A stretch of 63,890 bases of DNA, filler included, from Salisapilia sapeloensis CBS 127946 (lineage: Eukaryota > Protista > Oomycota), in assembly GCA_023334545.1 (NCBI GenBank). It is 9 parts of 9 records of this genome, joined end to end, with 100 filler letters (N's around TTAATTAATTAA, not from the genome) between each part and the next. Parts side by side here need not be neighbours in the genome. Positions count along the whole stretch, not along the records: positions 35,679 to 43,541 come from JAADVB010000505.1; positions 43,642 to 49,310 come from JAADVB010000600.1; positions 49,411 to 51,407 come from JAADVB010000991.1; positions 51,508 to 54,112 come from JAADVB010000873.1; 5 more parts are not named here. One strand, given 5' to 3'. The translations under genes were made by a program, and so were the position numbers. The notes below the pieces were generated by a model. It was not told where the DNA came from. It did not search any database and saw only the letters and a list, made by a program, of their open reading frames with translations. The first letter of the stretch is position 1; the number at the start of each line of letters is the position of its first letter. Below, in pieces: positions 39,693-51,572 of this stretch.

Positions 39693-42039
39693 AGATATTG
39701 TGTGGCCACCGATACACTGTAGGCGTTTGTTCGCTAGCCCATTGGGATGACCAAGCTCTCCAAATGTCCACAATAACCCACCAAATTGCACTACCTTTTG
39801 TCCCTCATGTTACAATCTTCTTCTAAACTTAATTTACAAGTTTGGTTTGCTAAATATTTCGTGACGCTCGGTTTAAAGATTTGGTTTAAACACACTTTCT
39901 CGGTACTATAGTAAGCCGTACTTGATTGGCGTAGTCCTGCAAACCAAACAAATCAGGGTATAGGAGCTTGGCGAAGGCACTGCGAGTGCTGCTTCGTAAG
40001 GGAACTCGAGACATGTGAGTGCATGGTCGCTTCCATGTTAAGGTCATAGCTTGCTGCGCACTCCAGCTTTTTTCGGTGGCGCGAGTTTGCTCTACTTCGC
40101 AACCAACATGTCGGATCACTACATGGCCAGGATAGAAGTCGCGAATGGCTTCTTCGGTAGCGGTAGACGGCGTAGGGGCATCGGTATTCGTTATAATTCG
40201 GTAAGAATTGGTAGCTGGAAGCAACATTAAAAATAAACGAGTTGCATGAACCTGCAGCCCACACAAAGGTGGGAGTCAGGGACTAGGAAGTCCGCCGCAT
40301 CATCGTAATCGCCCTGTATCTCACCACTGTTTGTAAGAGAAGTCGCCACTGGTGCCATCCTTTACAGCTTAAGCAGCTGAGCTTGGTAAACATGCCTTGC
40401 TTGGGACTTGAGCCAGCCAAATCGCTGCAGAAGCAATTTTAACGTTGGCGAAGTTGAGCGCGCCAAAACCGTACCAGTTCAAAGGCAATTTTTTTAAAAC
40501 TCGCACACCCCTCCGGCTTAGCGGAAGCAACAGTTAGTGGCAATCAAATAAAGACTTGTCCCAAGGTTTACTCCCATGTATTTCAGCGGAAAAAACAGAT
40601 TCTAAACAGTTTCGGATTTACATAAGTATGTAAACCCGTAATTTTTGTACTTTCGATTTAGCAATCGAAAGTTTATTACATGCGTATATTTTGTGGTTAT
40701 CGATCTGTAAGATGACTGGAATACTGTTTTTATTTTATGTTCAGACGGGTGCTGCTCTGAAGACACACTTATGCCGCTCCATCGTAGCCATATTGAAGCA
40801 AAAAACGAGTAATGCAAAGGTGGTGTCCTTTTGGTCTCACATTACAATTGCTAAATACCCTAACAGCTGACTTGTTTGGTGGCCTCATTTGTGGTCTTGG
40901 CTCGTTGGGCCTCCAGCCGGGTAGAGAGATTTATCGAACGATAAAATAAGCGATGGAAGATGGTTCAATCGCGCTATGCGGGGCCGAGGATGACGAGATC
41001 ACTAGGGAGAAAACTACTCAATGTGTGCGGATGAGCCGCAAAACGTGATTAAAGGTCTGCATGAGCTGGAGGTTTTGAACTTGATGGAAAAGCAGTCGTA
41101 AGTAGAAGAAGAGATAATTGGGAAGGAATCAGCGTCAGATGCCTATAGACTGGTACTTGAACCTAGTTAATTGTTCTGGTGCAACCAAGCTTGCTCTTGC
41201 AGTTCTTAATTTGCTGCGTAAGTGACAAAGTCAGCACTAGCAAGTCCAACAAAAGTTTCAAGTCTGGCCCTGGACACCACAGACATAACACTTCTGCCCC
41301 ACGACACTTCTCTCCCTAAGTGTCCCAGTATGCCCGCCACGCCATAGGCCCCGCCGGACATACTCGGTCAGGAGGTCCAGCAACAATTCGATCCACCGAC
41401 GGATGAAACAGAACCGACACCAGTAAACGGCTCACCCACAAAGCAGTCAACACCAAATTCAAGCACATCAGATGCACAGCCTCCAATTGACGATCAATCA
41501 TACGACGAGTCTATGAATCCTGTGGGCACCGAGCATACGACCGAACAGTCTGACACTGTATCATTTACGCCTTCTGAGACACAATCGACAGGAGACGCCA
41601 AGAAACGCAAGACAAGTGGTTTATCTTGTAACGGGAAGTTACATAAGTGTATCCCAAGCTGGATTAACATTCTGGATCTTGAAGTAGATCCTTGTCTTGG
41701 AGCATGTGATGCAAATACAAAGGTACAAGGAACATGAATGGTCGTTAGACCTTTCCATACTAAGATGAAGATTAAGGAGATTGTATTAGGATTTAGTAGG
41801 TATATAGAAACGTTAAGTCTAGTATTCGGATTAAGCCTCAATACAATCAGTTCTCCTTTTGCTTTCTAAAGCACAAGTGTCTTACACTACTTCCGTACTT
41901 TAAGTACCAGAGTTTCATACTCCACCGTTTTACGCTTCCCTTACGTTTAAAGGGCTATCGTTGTGACTTCCGTCATACCTGGACCCCGATCGACTCCTGC
42001 CATGTTACTAGAATACGGTGAGCAGGATAAAAGAACCCG

Positions 42040-42730
42040 CAATCTGTAAAGTCGCTGGCAACCACTGTAAAGAACGTACCTGGTGCGCATTTCGATTGCG
42101 CTAAGAAAGCTTTCAGTCCAAACTACGTTCTATATTCTATGGCCCGCATCCAAAGTCTCTGTTAACCAGGACCTCCCTCTCTAAGCCTCGTACGTTGAGA
42201 GGGATTCAAAGTGCTTTTGAATCCTCGCATAGAGGATGCTACTAGACGCCTGAGTGGAAAACGGCAAGTACATCACCACATTTGGAACTCTTTCTAAGGG
42301 TAGTCGCACCCACTTGATCGCCTAATCACCATCCTGGCTTACGTCATAGTATTGTATCAACGCTTGTAACGTATACAGACCATTAAATTCGTGTCCGAGC
42401 AGGTGTGCTAGTGATGGGTGGAGGGAATTCACGAGCTTGTTCCGGATGATCTTCGCCTTCTTTTAATATTCTCATCTGGCCGTTTCCTGTGCGCCCTGAG
42501 CGGGCTTCGTTTTGATCCCTTGCGCCACTTCGAATGCCTCATTTATATCAAAGCATAACTCCATCCATATCTTGAACCGGGATGAATCTTCACCACGCCG
42601 AAGCGGGTACTTTGTCTCCCTTTCGTCGCTTATGTTTTTTCTGGCACCGTTTAAATTCGCAGCTTCTTCCTCGCACTCTTTCTATTTAGCTTTGTGTTCC
42701 GATTTGAGAGCTAGCGTAATCTTAGGCGTA
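42040..42730 (-). mobile_element. Possible degenerate Copia-like gag remnant
   Basis: Stop-riddled frame containing FKIWMELCFDINEAFEVAQGIKTKPAQGAQETAR, loosely like the N-terminal gag (W/M..L...V.G...P) segment of Ty1/Copia elements. No RT, integrase or LTR seen. Confidence 0.3.
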
Positions 42731-43138
42731 TAACTCTGTTCGATTTCAAATACAGATAAGCTTGTCTCCTGCGGGGCAAATTCTATAGTGCTTTAATTTG
42801 ACTGGTTAACCTAACTCTACCGACATGTCTATGACGATGCCTGTCTCTCTCTAGTTACCATCCATCTATCACGTTTTCCAACAGAAAGTAATAGAATGAA
42901 TGTTGTCATGCAGAAGTTGAAGTAGAGATTGAAATAGAGATCCTGGGGTACTGGCTTGAAGTCCATCACAGATATGATTTTGTGTACAGCTTCACACCAT
43001 AGTATCTAACATTTCTATCAACAAAGCGGAGCTGACGCGTCGCGGATAGTTTTACTAAGTTTTGTCAGCATTAGTTTTGCTACCACTGCGACAAGAATCC
43101 TACAATGAAAAACTCATTCAGTACAATTTCACAACATG

Positions 43139-43541
43139 TTAAACTTCATTTTGCTTCTCTTCTCGCCATCCCACAGTCGTCGAATCATCCTGTCGCAGTC
43201 GCAACTCAGTCATCTTCAGCCACGCTAACTGCCGATCACGTTCTTGATCTTTCAAATCAAGTTCAACTGAACTACTCCTCCATACATTTTCGATGATCAT
43301 GTTCCATTCCTCCGAATCGGTTGAAGCCCCTCGCATAAAAGAGCCCTCATCTGAAGAACTTTTTCTTGAATCAATGAACGGAGTGTCATCCCCGAGACAG
43401 GTGAATTGAGCAAATGCGCTGAGTGAGCCTTCAGTCGAAGGACTAAGCTGATCTGAGTCGAACTCGAAGACTTCACCAGCGCAGGACTCTCTACCGGACC
43501 AAGCACTGGATTCGTCCGTCAGCTGGGTGATCCTAGACGTC
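43139..43541 (-). pseudogene. 3' end of a START-like/FYVE family paralog, with a frameshift
   Basis: WSGRESCAGEVFEFDSDQLSPSTEGSLSAFAQF / ...RGASTDSEEWNMIIENVWRSSSVELDLKDQERDRQLAWLKMTELRL closely matches 55654-56033. The frame changes near 43390. Confidence 0.7.
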
Positions 43542-43641
43542 NNNNNNNNNNNNNNNNNNNNNNNNNNNNNNNNNNNNNNNNNNNNTTAATTAATTAANNN
43601 NNNNNNNNNNNNNNNNNNNNNNNNNNNNNNNNNNNNNNNNN
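43542..43641. other. Artificial contig spacer 3
   Basis: 44 N + TTAATTAATTAA + 44 N. Confidence 0.98.
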
Positions 43642-43961
43642 CTGACCACCAGTTCAACCACCCTGGCCCATGTGAGATCTGGTGTGATGACACTCTCGCA
43701 CTTCCGTACACGGACAACTGCCGCGAGGCCTTCCCGAACGGTGAGGTCACGTATGATAAGGCTGCTTGTGAAGGTAAGAGCGTGCTCTCGATCTACTGGC
43801 TTGCGGTGCACATGCCGCCATGGCAGGTGTACGGTGACTGTGCCAGGATCGGCGGTGGACGCCGACTTGATGAAGCGGACTGGGAGGCCGCGAACACGAC
43901 GACGTCTACTCCGGTCGCCTACCAAGATGGTTACGACTTTGCCGACACTGGAAGCGCTTAA
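43642..43961 (+). CDS. AA17 LPMO copy 2, 3' part (5' lost in gap)
   Basis: DHQFNHPGPCEIWCDDTLALPYTDNCREAFPNGEVTYDKAACEGKSVLSIYWLAVHMPPWQVYGDCARIGGGRRLDEADWEAANTTTSTPVAYQDGYDFADTGSA* (TAA 43959-43961). 61 of 64 overlapping residues are identical to copy 1. Confidence 0.85.
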
Positions 43962-45016
43962 GCTACGTCAGTTAATTGCAAGACGTAGGCAAGTAGAAAT
44001 GTGATTAGGTTTTGCAATTGAATTAGTTGAATAAAATTTGGTGAACTTTTCTATACGTGGGTTAGAGTATCCCTTCATAATGTCCGAGCCAGATAACTTC
44101 TCAATATCTTGGACTGGGAGAAAATTCGGGTAGTGCATTGCCCTAGTGAACTTGCACGGGCAGATAGCCGAGGTTGATTCCGTGGATATTTCTTAACAGT
44201 CATGTGCTTGCTAGATACCTAGCACACCGTTCAACTACCAAGTTCTGCAGTATTCATCAATCAATTTATCCTCACTTAGCATTAGCTTAAGTATAGTGAT
44301 GCTTAGAGTGCAGTTTTCGAAGGCCTGGGAAGAAGACGTATGCATTGAGAATCTATACTGGCTGACACTCTTGAGGCCTGGTAAGTGTATCAATAAATGT
44401 CATTCGAAAGAGTATCTAAGGCGTTGCGCATCTCGGTGGAGTCGCGATGAAAACGTACCACCGAAGTAAAATTGATTCCAAGTGATTCGAGTTGACGTAA
44501 ATGAAATTAGGGCGTACACAGGTACCACAACATCAAAGAAGTAGCATTAAAGCAAAACGATTCAGAAACATGTCCTTCTAGGTTGTCGGTAACGAGCTTT
44601 ATTTTGGATCCACAGGAAGCTAGAAGCGCCGCCATGAAGTCCTTATACTTCAGGTTAAAAATATACCTGCCGATGATAGAACAGAAACGACTGCAAGATA
44701 ACGGGTAGATGAGCCATCAAGAACAGGACCCCAAGTATTAGCGGGGTCTACTCTCGCTTAACCGACATGATGTGATGCTCCGTATGTTCACAGTGTGAAT
44801 GCAACAATATCACGTTTTGAATTTGGGCAAGGGTCTATTACATAGTTGCTTTATCTAGAATTCTAAACAAGTTGACAATTAATAGCCACTAGGGGCTACT
44901 GGAGCGAACTAGGCAGCACCCGACACAGAAGAGGGCCAAGCTAGGTAGTGAACTGAACGGACTTAGGTATACCCAATGGGCCGTTTCCGTACCACTGCTT
45001 GACATCATCCGGAAGT

Positions 45017-45047
45017 AAGGCCTAAATTTGCTGTAAATTTAGGCCTT
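45017..45047. repeat. Perfect 13-bp inverted repeat with 5-nt loop
   Basis: AAGGCCTAAATTT-gctgt-AAATTTAGGCCTT. Confidence 0.85.
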
Positions 45048-45958
45048 GGGACAGTAGCGAGCGTTTCGAAGCTTCAACTAGTGTCCATGGCAATGTTATA
45101 TGCATAATCCGCCTTTTAACTGAAGACACGAAGACGATTCATCCAGGGGAGCACAGACACTTATGCAATAAGTACTTAACACTGGTGGTAGTGATATTAT
45201 TTGGTGGTATGTAATAGGTGCTTTCCGTGACCAAACAATGAACTCTTAGCTTGTTTTGTCAGACAAAAATTCAGGGATCTGTTTTAAGGCTAGTATTCGA
45301 CCTGAAAAATCAGTACTCTGTATTACCATGAGATATCACACCTTTATGTTTTTGATTAAGCGATGAACACGTCTACCTGGGAAGTTCGAAACAACTTCGA
45401 TCTCACCACCGCTTTGTATCCCTACCTTTATAAGCTTCCCCTCCGTAGCATACCATGGTATACGAAAAAATACATTTCTTTGATGGAAGTATTTTAAACT
45501 GTCAGATTACATCGCTACCATCGTTATCAGGAGTTTGAGGAGAGTGGGGCTTTATCATATTTCCTGGGAAGTAGCAAAGATGCTTGGAATGAAATATCGG
45601 GCGAACATTAAGAGGGGGCATGATATCAGCTCCTTCGCTCAGCATCTTTGTTGATTGTCTTCGCCGATCTCTACTTCGATTCGTCTGGCTCTAACCGGCA
45701 CTATGTGCTAATGTGTTGTATGGATAAGTACGAAATTAAGTCACGATCGTACCCTCATGCTTACTTGGATGCTTAGCAGTATTTTCGCAATTAAAGCTAA
45801 GATCAGTTTAAATATCCATCGCTAGCCAAATCGAACGTAACAACGAGTGGTGTACAAAGTAGGTCAGCATTGCTTCACGATTTTTCATCTCCAACTGAAA
45901 AATTGGTCTTAGCTCAGTGCCATTTTTAAAGTGGCACGCCGACGCTCCCTCCGCATCC

Positions 45959-47400
45959 ATGGTCATGCAATGGACATTAAACGCTCAAGAAGGCTTCTCC
46001 TTCTTGGAAAAGAGAAAAAAGGATGCAAGCGCATCATAATGATGCTCGTCTATCAAACTCTTCGAAATTATAAAAAAGTTGATCAATCAGAACCTCGGGA
46101 GATGAACAACTAACATTGGAAACCGATTAGGTCGTCCGATAATGTTACTATGTATCGTAAAAGGCACCCATCTTGGCACATGGTGAAAGATTCGTACACA
46201 GATAGTACTAGCTGGCAAATACCTCGTGCCCACGTTGGCCATGTGACGATACCAAATAGTATTGATGGTATTTTTTAGGCATTGCATACGGAGGTGGAGC
46301 AGCAAGTCTGCGAGGCGTGAAGTATTCCAAATTCCAGTAACAAATACCGAGATTCTTGCGACGATTGAGAACCCGACTCTGGAGCACTCATATCGTTGTG
46401 CATTTTTCCAATGGCATTTTGGTAGTCTAAATGCTGTACTTCGAGGGTTAGTCAAAGACCGAGACGCTGTTTACATTCGATCCACCGGCATTCTGCAAGT
46501 TGACAACTATGAGCGCATCAGATATAATTTGTTGCATCCAGTGGACTTACCGTCGACTACTCCATCTGAAGGAAGAGACGTAGTACGATCTCTTCTCTCA
46601 TCTTGCGTCTTATTCAAACCCACTTCGAGTCAATCAGTTACAGTATTCGTCAAATGCTATCACGAAGTGCTTGGAAGCATCCTTCTAAGCACCATCCCTG
46701 TTATCACAATTGCCGGTGCGTTCATGGATACCTGAGCGTCTAACCAATGTGCTAAACGAAAGAAACTTTCGTGGGGTTTGCAGAGAATAATGTGAACAAG
46801 GATTATGCCGTGGGCTTAATTGGCGATAGCAAAGTTCGAAACAAGTCAGAACGTCACTCGTGCAAAAAGTGACTTGGTCCCTTACATTCAGCGTACAGAT
46901 AAACTTTGTGTAATTTATCTAGTAACTCGACAATAAAGCCTAGCTGGCCGATATGAAAATAAGTTACTGGGTCTACTGTCGTTGAACCATATCTAATCTT
47001 ACAACTGACGAAAGGCTCGGGTGCTTTATCAGGCAAAGAGTTTTATACCGGCGAAGTCTATAAGTTGGAGTCTGAACACCTTAGCCCTTTGACTGAAGGC
47101 TCACTAGATGCCTTTGCTCAGCTGACATCCTCCACTGATGCTGCTTAGAGCATTAAACCAAAGCAAACATCCAAAGATAAAGCCTGTCTCATTGATAACG
47201 CTGCGAATGACGGAGATGAACTGGATACTAAGGTCGAAAGTGTCTAGAGGAATTGTGTCGAGTTCCTCGACTTGAAAGACGAAGAGCGTGATCAGCAGCT
47301 GGCGTGGCTGAAAATGGCTAGACTTCGTCTCCGACAGGACGATGCGACTACAGAGAAGCAAACAAAGAAGAGAAACTGAGTATTCAATTGTAATTAACTT
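45959..47400 (+). pseudogene. Full-length, intron-less START-like/FYVE pseudogene
   Basis: Collinear with 60290-61830 (WKPIRSSDNVTMYR, WQIPR, TIENPTLEHSYRC, KDRDAVYIRSTGILQV, KKLSW, LAGRYE) but with many stops and frameshifts. Confidence 0.8.
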
Positions 47401-49210
47401 GCGCCCCAAAATGCTTTCAGTCTAGCATTATACTTTAGAAATGAGGTGCCTCTTATCGAGACGCTTTGGATTGGTGTGCTTTTTGAATATAATCGCTCTC
47501 AGTAGTTCGAAGTCCACATTCTTAATCCCTTAAACGGTGATACCGAAATATTCTGTCCTCGAACGATTGGTACGTTTGTAAACGTGCTGGACTACTTCAT
47601 CCTCGAAGTCTACTACCACTTGGTCTTAATTGTGTGACTTCTGCTCACAACCTCCCTTAGCGCCTTTGAATAAGTTTAGCGTGTTATCCTACGCATTCAA
47701 TTAGGGAAGTGAACAGATAAGTTCGTATAACCTTTAACACTCACTTTACATCTGTATGAACACCTCATGAGAATCTTGGGCACTGGAATGTCGCCAACTT
47801 TCATATTCTCTATGTGGAAAGCTAGAATCACGTCAAAAATACAACCATAAGTGATAAGAGATCGGTCTTCCTACAATTACCTTCATTTAATAAAGATCGA
47901 CCTAAAGGTCGTGCAAATGCTTTAAGATACCAAATATAGATCATTTTCAGCAAACGTAAATGCCCTCTATCAAGCTGATGTCTGTCTCTTTAAGCTGCAG
48001 TTTCCGCACTTGTAACTTACATAGCAAATACAAGTCTAAAACTGGCGGGAAACTATAAAAACAGATGAATTCAGCGATTCCATATTTTCAAACTTGTTTA
48101 TAGGTACTGCCATGCCGTTTCTTGATGATGAATAGGAGCTGTTTCCAAACACGTACCAGTACCTACGCTAACTTAGGCCCAGCACACATAAATTATAAGA
48201 TACAATCTCACGTTGGTACCAAGGCACCATAGCAATGTTAGCTACTTACGTCTTAATTCTATCGTAATCCATGATGCGCCTAAATGGAAACCTAGAAAGA
48301 GAGGTCTTCTAGAGTATTATGAAAAAAGCAAAGCAAGATGATAAGATGAAGTACAGTTTTGCTTAATATTAATTGATGATGTAGGTCTGTCGTATTAATG
48401 GTCGTAATATTAGCGTTCTCGAAGTCTATATACATGTACATTCAGGTGCACTGATAGACAAGTGCTGAAGTGCCTGCTTAAAGTTGCATGGCCTGCTTTC
48501 GGAATGGAATCGGTGCCTACTTTTATGTGGCGGATTTAATTTGTAGGTAGGAGTACGTGCTTTGTGACAGGTATACACATATATTCGGAAAGTTGGTTGT
48601 AGGATGTACGTCTTTTGAATTTACTCTTACCTATAGACCGATTTCTTGAACTCATCGTTGATGACGTCAAGCAAACAACAACGTGCAATTCTTAAAGATA
48701 GTTCATGCTTAATCGAAGAACGCGTTTGCGGGAAATTCGAGGCATTGTGACGCAGAGTTGTCGAGATGACCATGATATAGCTGTAATGTGCTAAGAACCT
48801 CCAATATATAAAATGATGCATGAGAACATCTAGTATAATGGAGAAGTGCGTTTAAAGTCGCTTCCGAACTATCCTCAGTTTTAGTGTAATTCCGCAACAG
48901 TTGGTTACCCTCAAATTTTACACATAAAGATGATCAAAACGACTTTGTTAACATCTTTTCGGCAAAGGCGACTATCATAGTTAAAGCTAGTGTCAACGCA
49001 TCGATTATCCTTCGCATCCGGCATCTGGTGGTAACGTCACTCCGTTTCACATTACTTTCCTGCAGTACGTTAGGTCGTCGCTCAAATACAAAATGGCTCG
49101 TTATGTAACCCATCTAAACATCTGATCGTTAAGAAGATAAGCCAGCAACGACTAGATTTGGATGCATGACCGTACTGGCTCAAGGCTTGGAATCTGAAGA
49201 TCCAACAGTC

Positions 49211-49227
49211 TCATTCGGCAACTTTCC
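49211..49227 (+). promoter_or_regulatory. Inr + FPR core promoter of AA17 copy 3
   Basis: TCATTCGGCAACTTTCC, identical to 27941-27957 and at the same distance from the ATG. Confidence 0.7.
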
Positions 49228-49267
49228 TCGCAAGACACAAGCAACCGAAACAACTCTACCAACCACA

Positions 49268-49310
49268 ATGGTTTACTCTTCACTCCAATTCGTTGCGGTC
49301 TCCGCTCTTA
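49268..49310 (+). CDS. AA17 LPMO copy 3, first 14 codons (signal peptide), cut by gap
   Basis: MVYSSLQFVAVSAL is identical in protein to copy 1, with 4 synonymous nucleotide differences. Confidence 0.75.
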
Positions 49311-49410
49311 NNNNNNNNNNNNNNNNNNNNNNNNNNNNNNNNNNNNNNNNNNNNTTAATTAATTAANNNNNNNNNNNNNNNNNNNNNNNNNNNNNNNNNN
49401 NNNNNNNNNN
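49311..49410. other. Artificial contig spacer 4
   Basis: 44 N + TTAATTAATTAA + 44 N. Confidence 0.98.
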
Positions 49411-49922
49411 GATTCTTACCTGGACGCTATCTGGCGCTATGTATCTCTTTGACGGTATCATTGATACTTCTTTCTGGTTGATATACTCGTAGGACTGTCA
49501 ACGCCGATTCGGTCTGTACTGCTGGAAATACCTGACGTCGGATATCAAGTCCCATAATCATTCGTCATCTGAAGAGCTTCTGCGCCCTGAAACTTTAGCT
49601 TGGTCGAGAGGGTAAGCGGTAACGTTGAGTGGTCTATAAACTATAATTGGAATTGAAGTTTAGTACTGGAATAGACACTGGACTAGTACTGCATGACTTC
49701 CTGCACAAAACTAAGATGGGCAGAATTCACATCTTTCTCCATAAACTGTCGATATACAAGTGGCTAAAAGCATCAGCCGGTCAAGCTTAGAGGATGCCCA
49801 CCTCTATCGACGAAGTGATCCACACTTTTACCTACATTAAGACATGGCTACACTTCAGTCAGCATGAGACCACTTCCTATCACTTCGTCTGCCACTGCTT
49901 GCTTTACTCGTCTCTGAGAATA

Positions 49923-50797
49923 ATGGACGTACTCGACGAACTAGAAGATGAAGTGATGCTGGAAGAGCTCAATTGATTTTTATCAGAAGCTATTGTGACA
50001 ACAGATCAACTTTTGGATCAGAGTATCTTGTCATCAGATTTCTTGATTGACACGTCCACGGAGGAGACAACGGAGTGCTCTTCCAATGACGATAAAACCA
50101 CCGGTAGTCCGAGTGATTCGACTCCACCGGAGAGAATGCTCACCAAGAACAACACGCCATCACGACGACAGAAGCGGGACCTGCTTCGACTGCGTCAGGA
50201 TGTTAAGATACTAGAAGCTCAGTTGGAAGGAATCAACCGCCAGTTTGGAGTCAATAGCTCCTCTCGCGTGAGCACATAAGCGATTGTCAGTCGACATCGC
50301 CAGGCTCGTAATTTAGCGGACTAAGAGAACTCGAAACTGCGCCGGATGCTGGGAAACGAAGGCATCGGCCGACTCTTCTACATGAAAGAGGTATCTCTGT
50401 CGGTCTCTACCTCTATGTTACTGCTACTAAAGTCCATCTATCATAGCCATTCTCAGTGTCGGACAGCTTGCGAGCGGAAAACGTTGGACACATACGATGT
50501 GAGCAGCCAACCATCAATTCCTTTGGAAAGCGTCTCATTCGGAGGTACGTCGAACGCGATCGCATCGTGAAGTTGGAATTGAGGCCAGTGCATATCATGG
50601 GAAAGAGCGTGAGTGGTGTGGTGCTGGGAAGGTATGGGTGGGCGACAATAACGCCGGCGCAAGAAGGCGACCAATCTGGAAGCGTCTTCTGGATGATCAT
50701 GGTGTTCCAAGTGGCGACAGAAGACGAAGAGCGGTGCTGGAGTGATGCTCGGCTCGCAGAGCTTTATGATGCGGACGACGCAAAGGAAGCCAGATAG
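49923..50797 (+). pseudogene. M96 mating-specific-protein-like pseudogene
   Basis: MDVLDELEDEVMLEELN*FLSE...RRQKRDLLRLRQDVKILEAQLEG..*AIVSRHRQARNLAD*ENSKLRRML / ..IRRYVERDRIV.. shows the bZIP-like coiled coil and RRYVExDR motif typical of the oomycete M96 family. At least 3 in-frame stops and a frameshift. Confidence 0.65.
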
Positions 50798-51407
50798 ACG
50801 GGCTGGAAGAGCTGATGCAGCATTTGCTGATAGAAGAGGACATGAAGACGACGGCCGACCAAGTTTTCACGTAGTGACTCGATCATAAAGAAGACTTGTG
50901 CTCTTTCGTTCTTATTTGTTGTTAGCTCCAGACTGTAAATCTACTTGATGTGGGCTGCTGACTCCTTCAATGTAGAAGTAGAACAGTTCACGGACACACG
51001 TGAACAAGGCCAAGCGTCAGCGGTGGCATTTGCTTTCTTTCGACTATGCTCGGAAAGACGGGAAGCCCATTTAAACAGGTCTTTTATAAGTACTATTATA
51101 ACGTCTTCACTGTGCTTCAGGAAGATTCTCTTTGCTGCCTCTACCTTGAAGCGCCCTCTGGAAGCCAGTACGCCTCCGGACGTCTGTCAGGTTCCTGTCA
51201 AGGTCTCCTTTTCTCCGACAGGCCTCTACCACCGGATAGACTATTCTAATCGCAAGCTACTAGCGACTACGCTCACTCCTCTTATCACAGCTTATCTTAC
51301 AAGTGATTAAAAGCAGAGCTATCCCCGACGAGCACTACCTAACGTCGGAAGAACACATACGACCTTGTAAGATACCGTCGCCAAGTCCCGCAGCATGCTT
51401 GAAGCAA

Positions 51408-51507
51408 NNNNNNNNNNNNNNNNNNNNNNNNNNNNNNNNNNNNNNNNNNNNTTAATTAATTAANNNNNNNNNNNNNNNNNNNNNNNNNNNNNNNNNNNNN
51501 NNNNNNN
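51408..51507. other. Artificial contig spacer 5
   Basis: 44 N + TTAATTAATTAA + 44 N. Confidence 0.98.
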
Positions 51508-51572
51508 AGTCCAACTAGCGTCAGGAAGAAGCCAAATCGTCATCCTAGTTCAAGTTATATAGAAAGCAAGTC

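Noticed and set aside
39886-41900. ORFs at 39886-40266, 41513-41737 and neighbours
   Set aside because: No motif, no splice model and no paralog in the window; at most degenerate TE-derived sequence.
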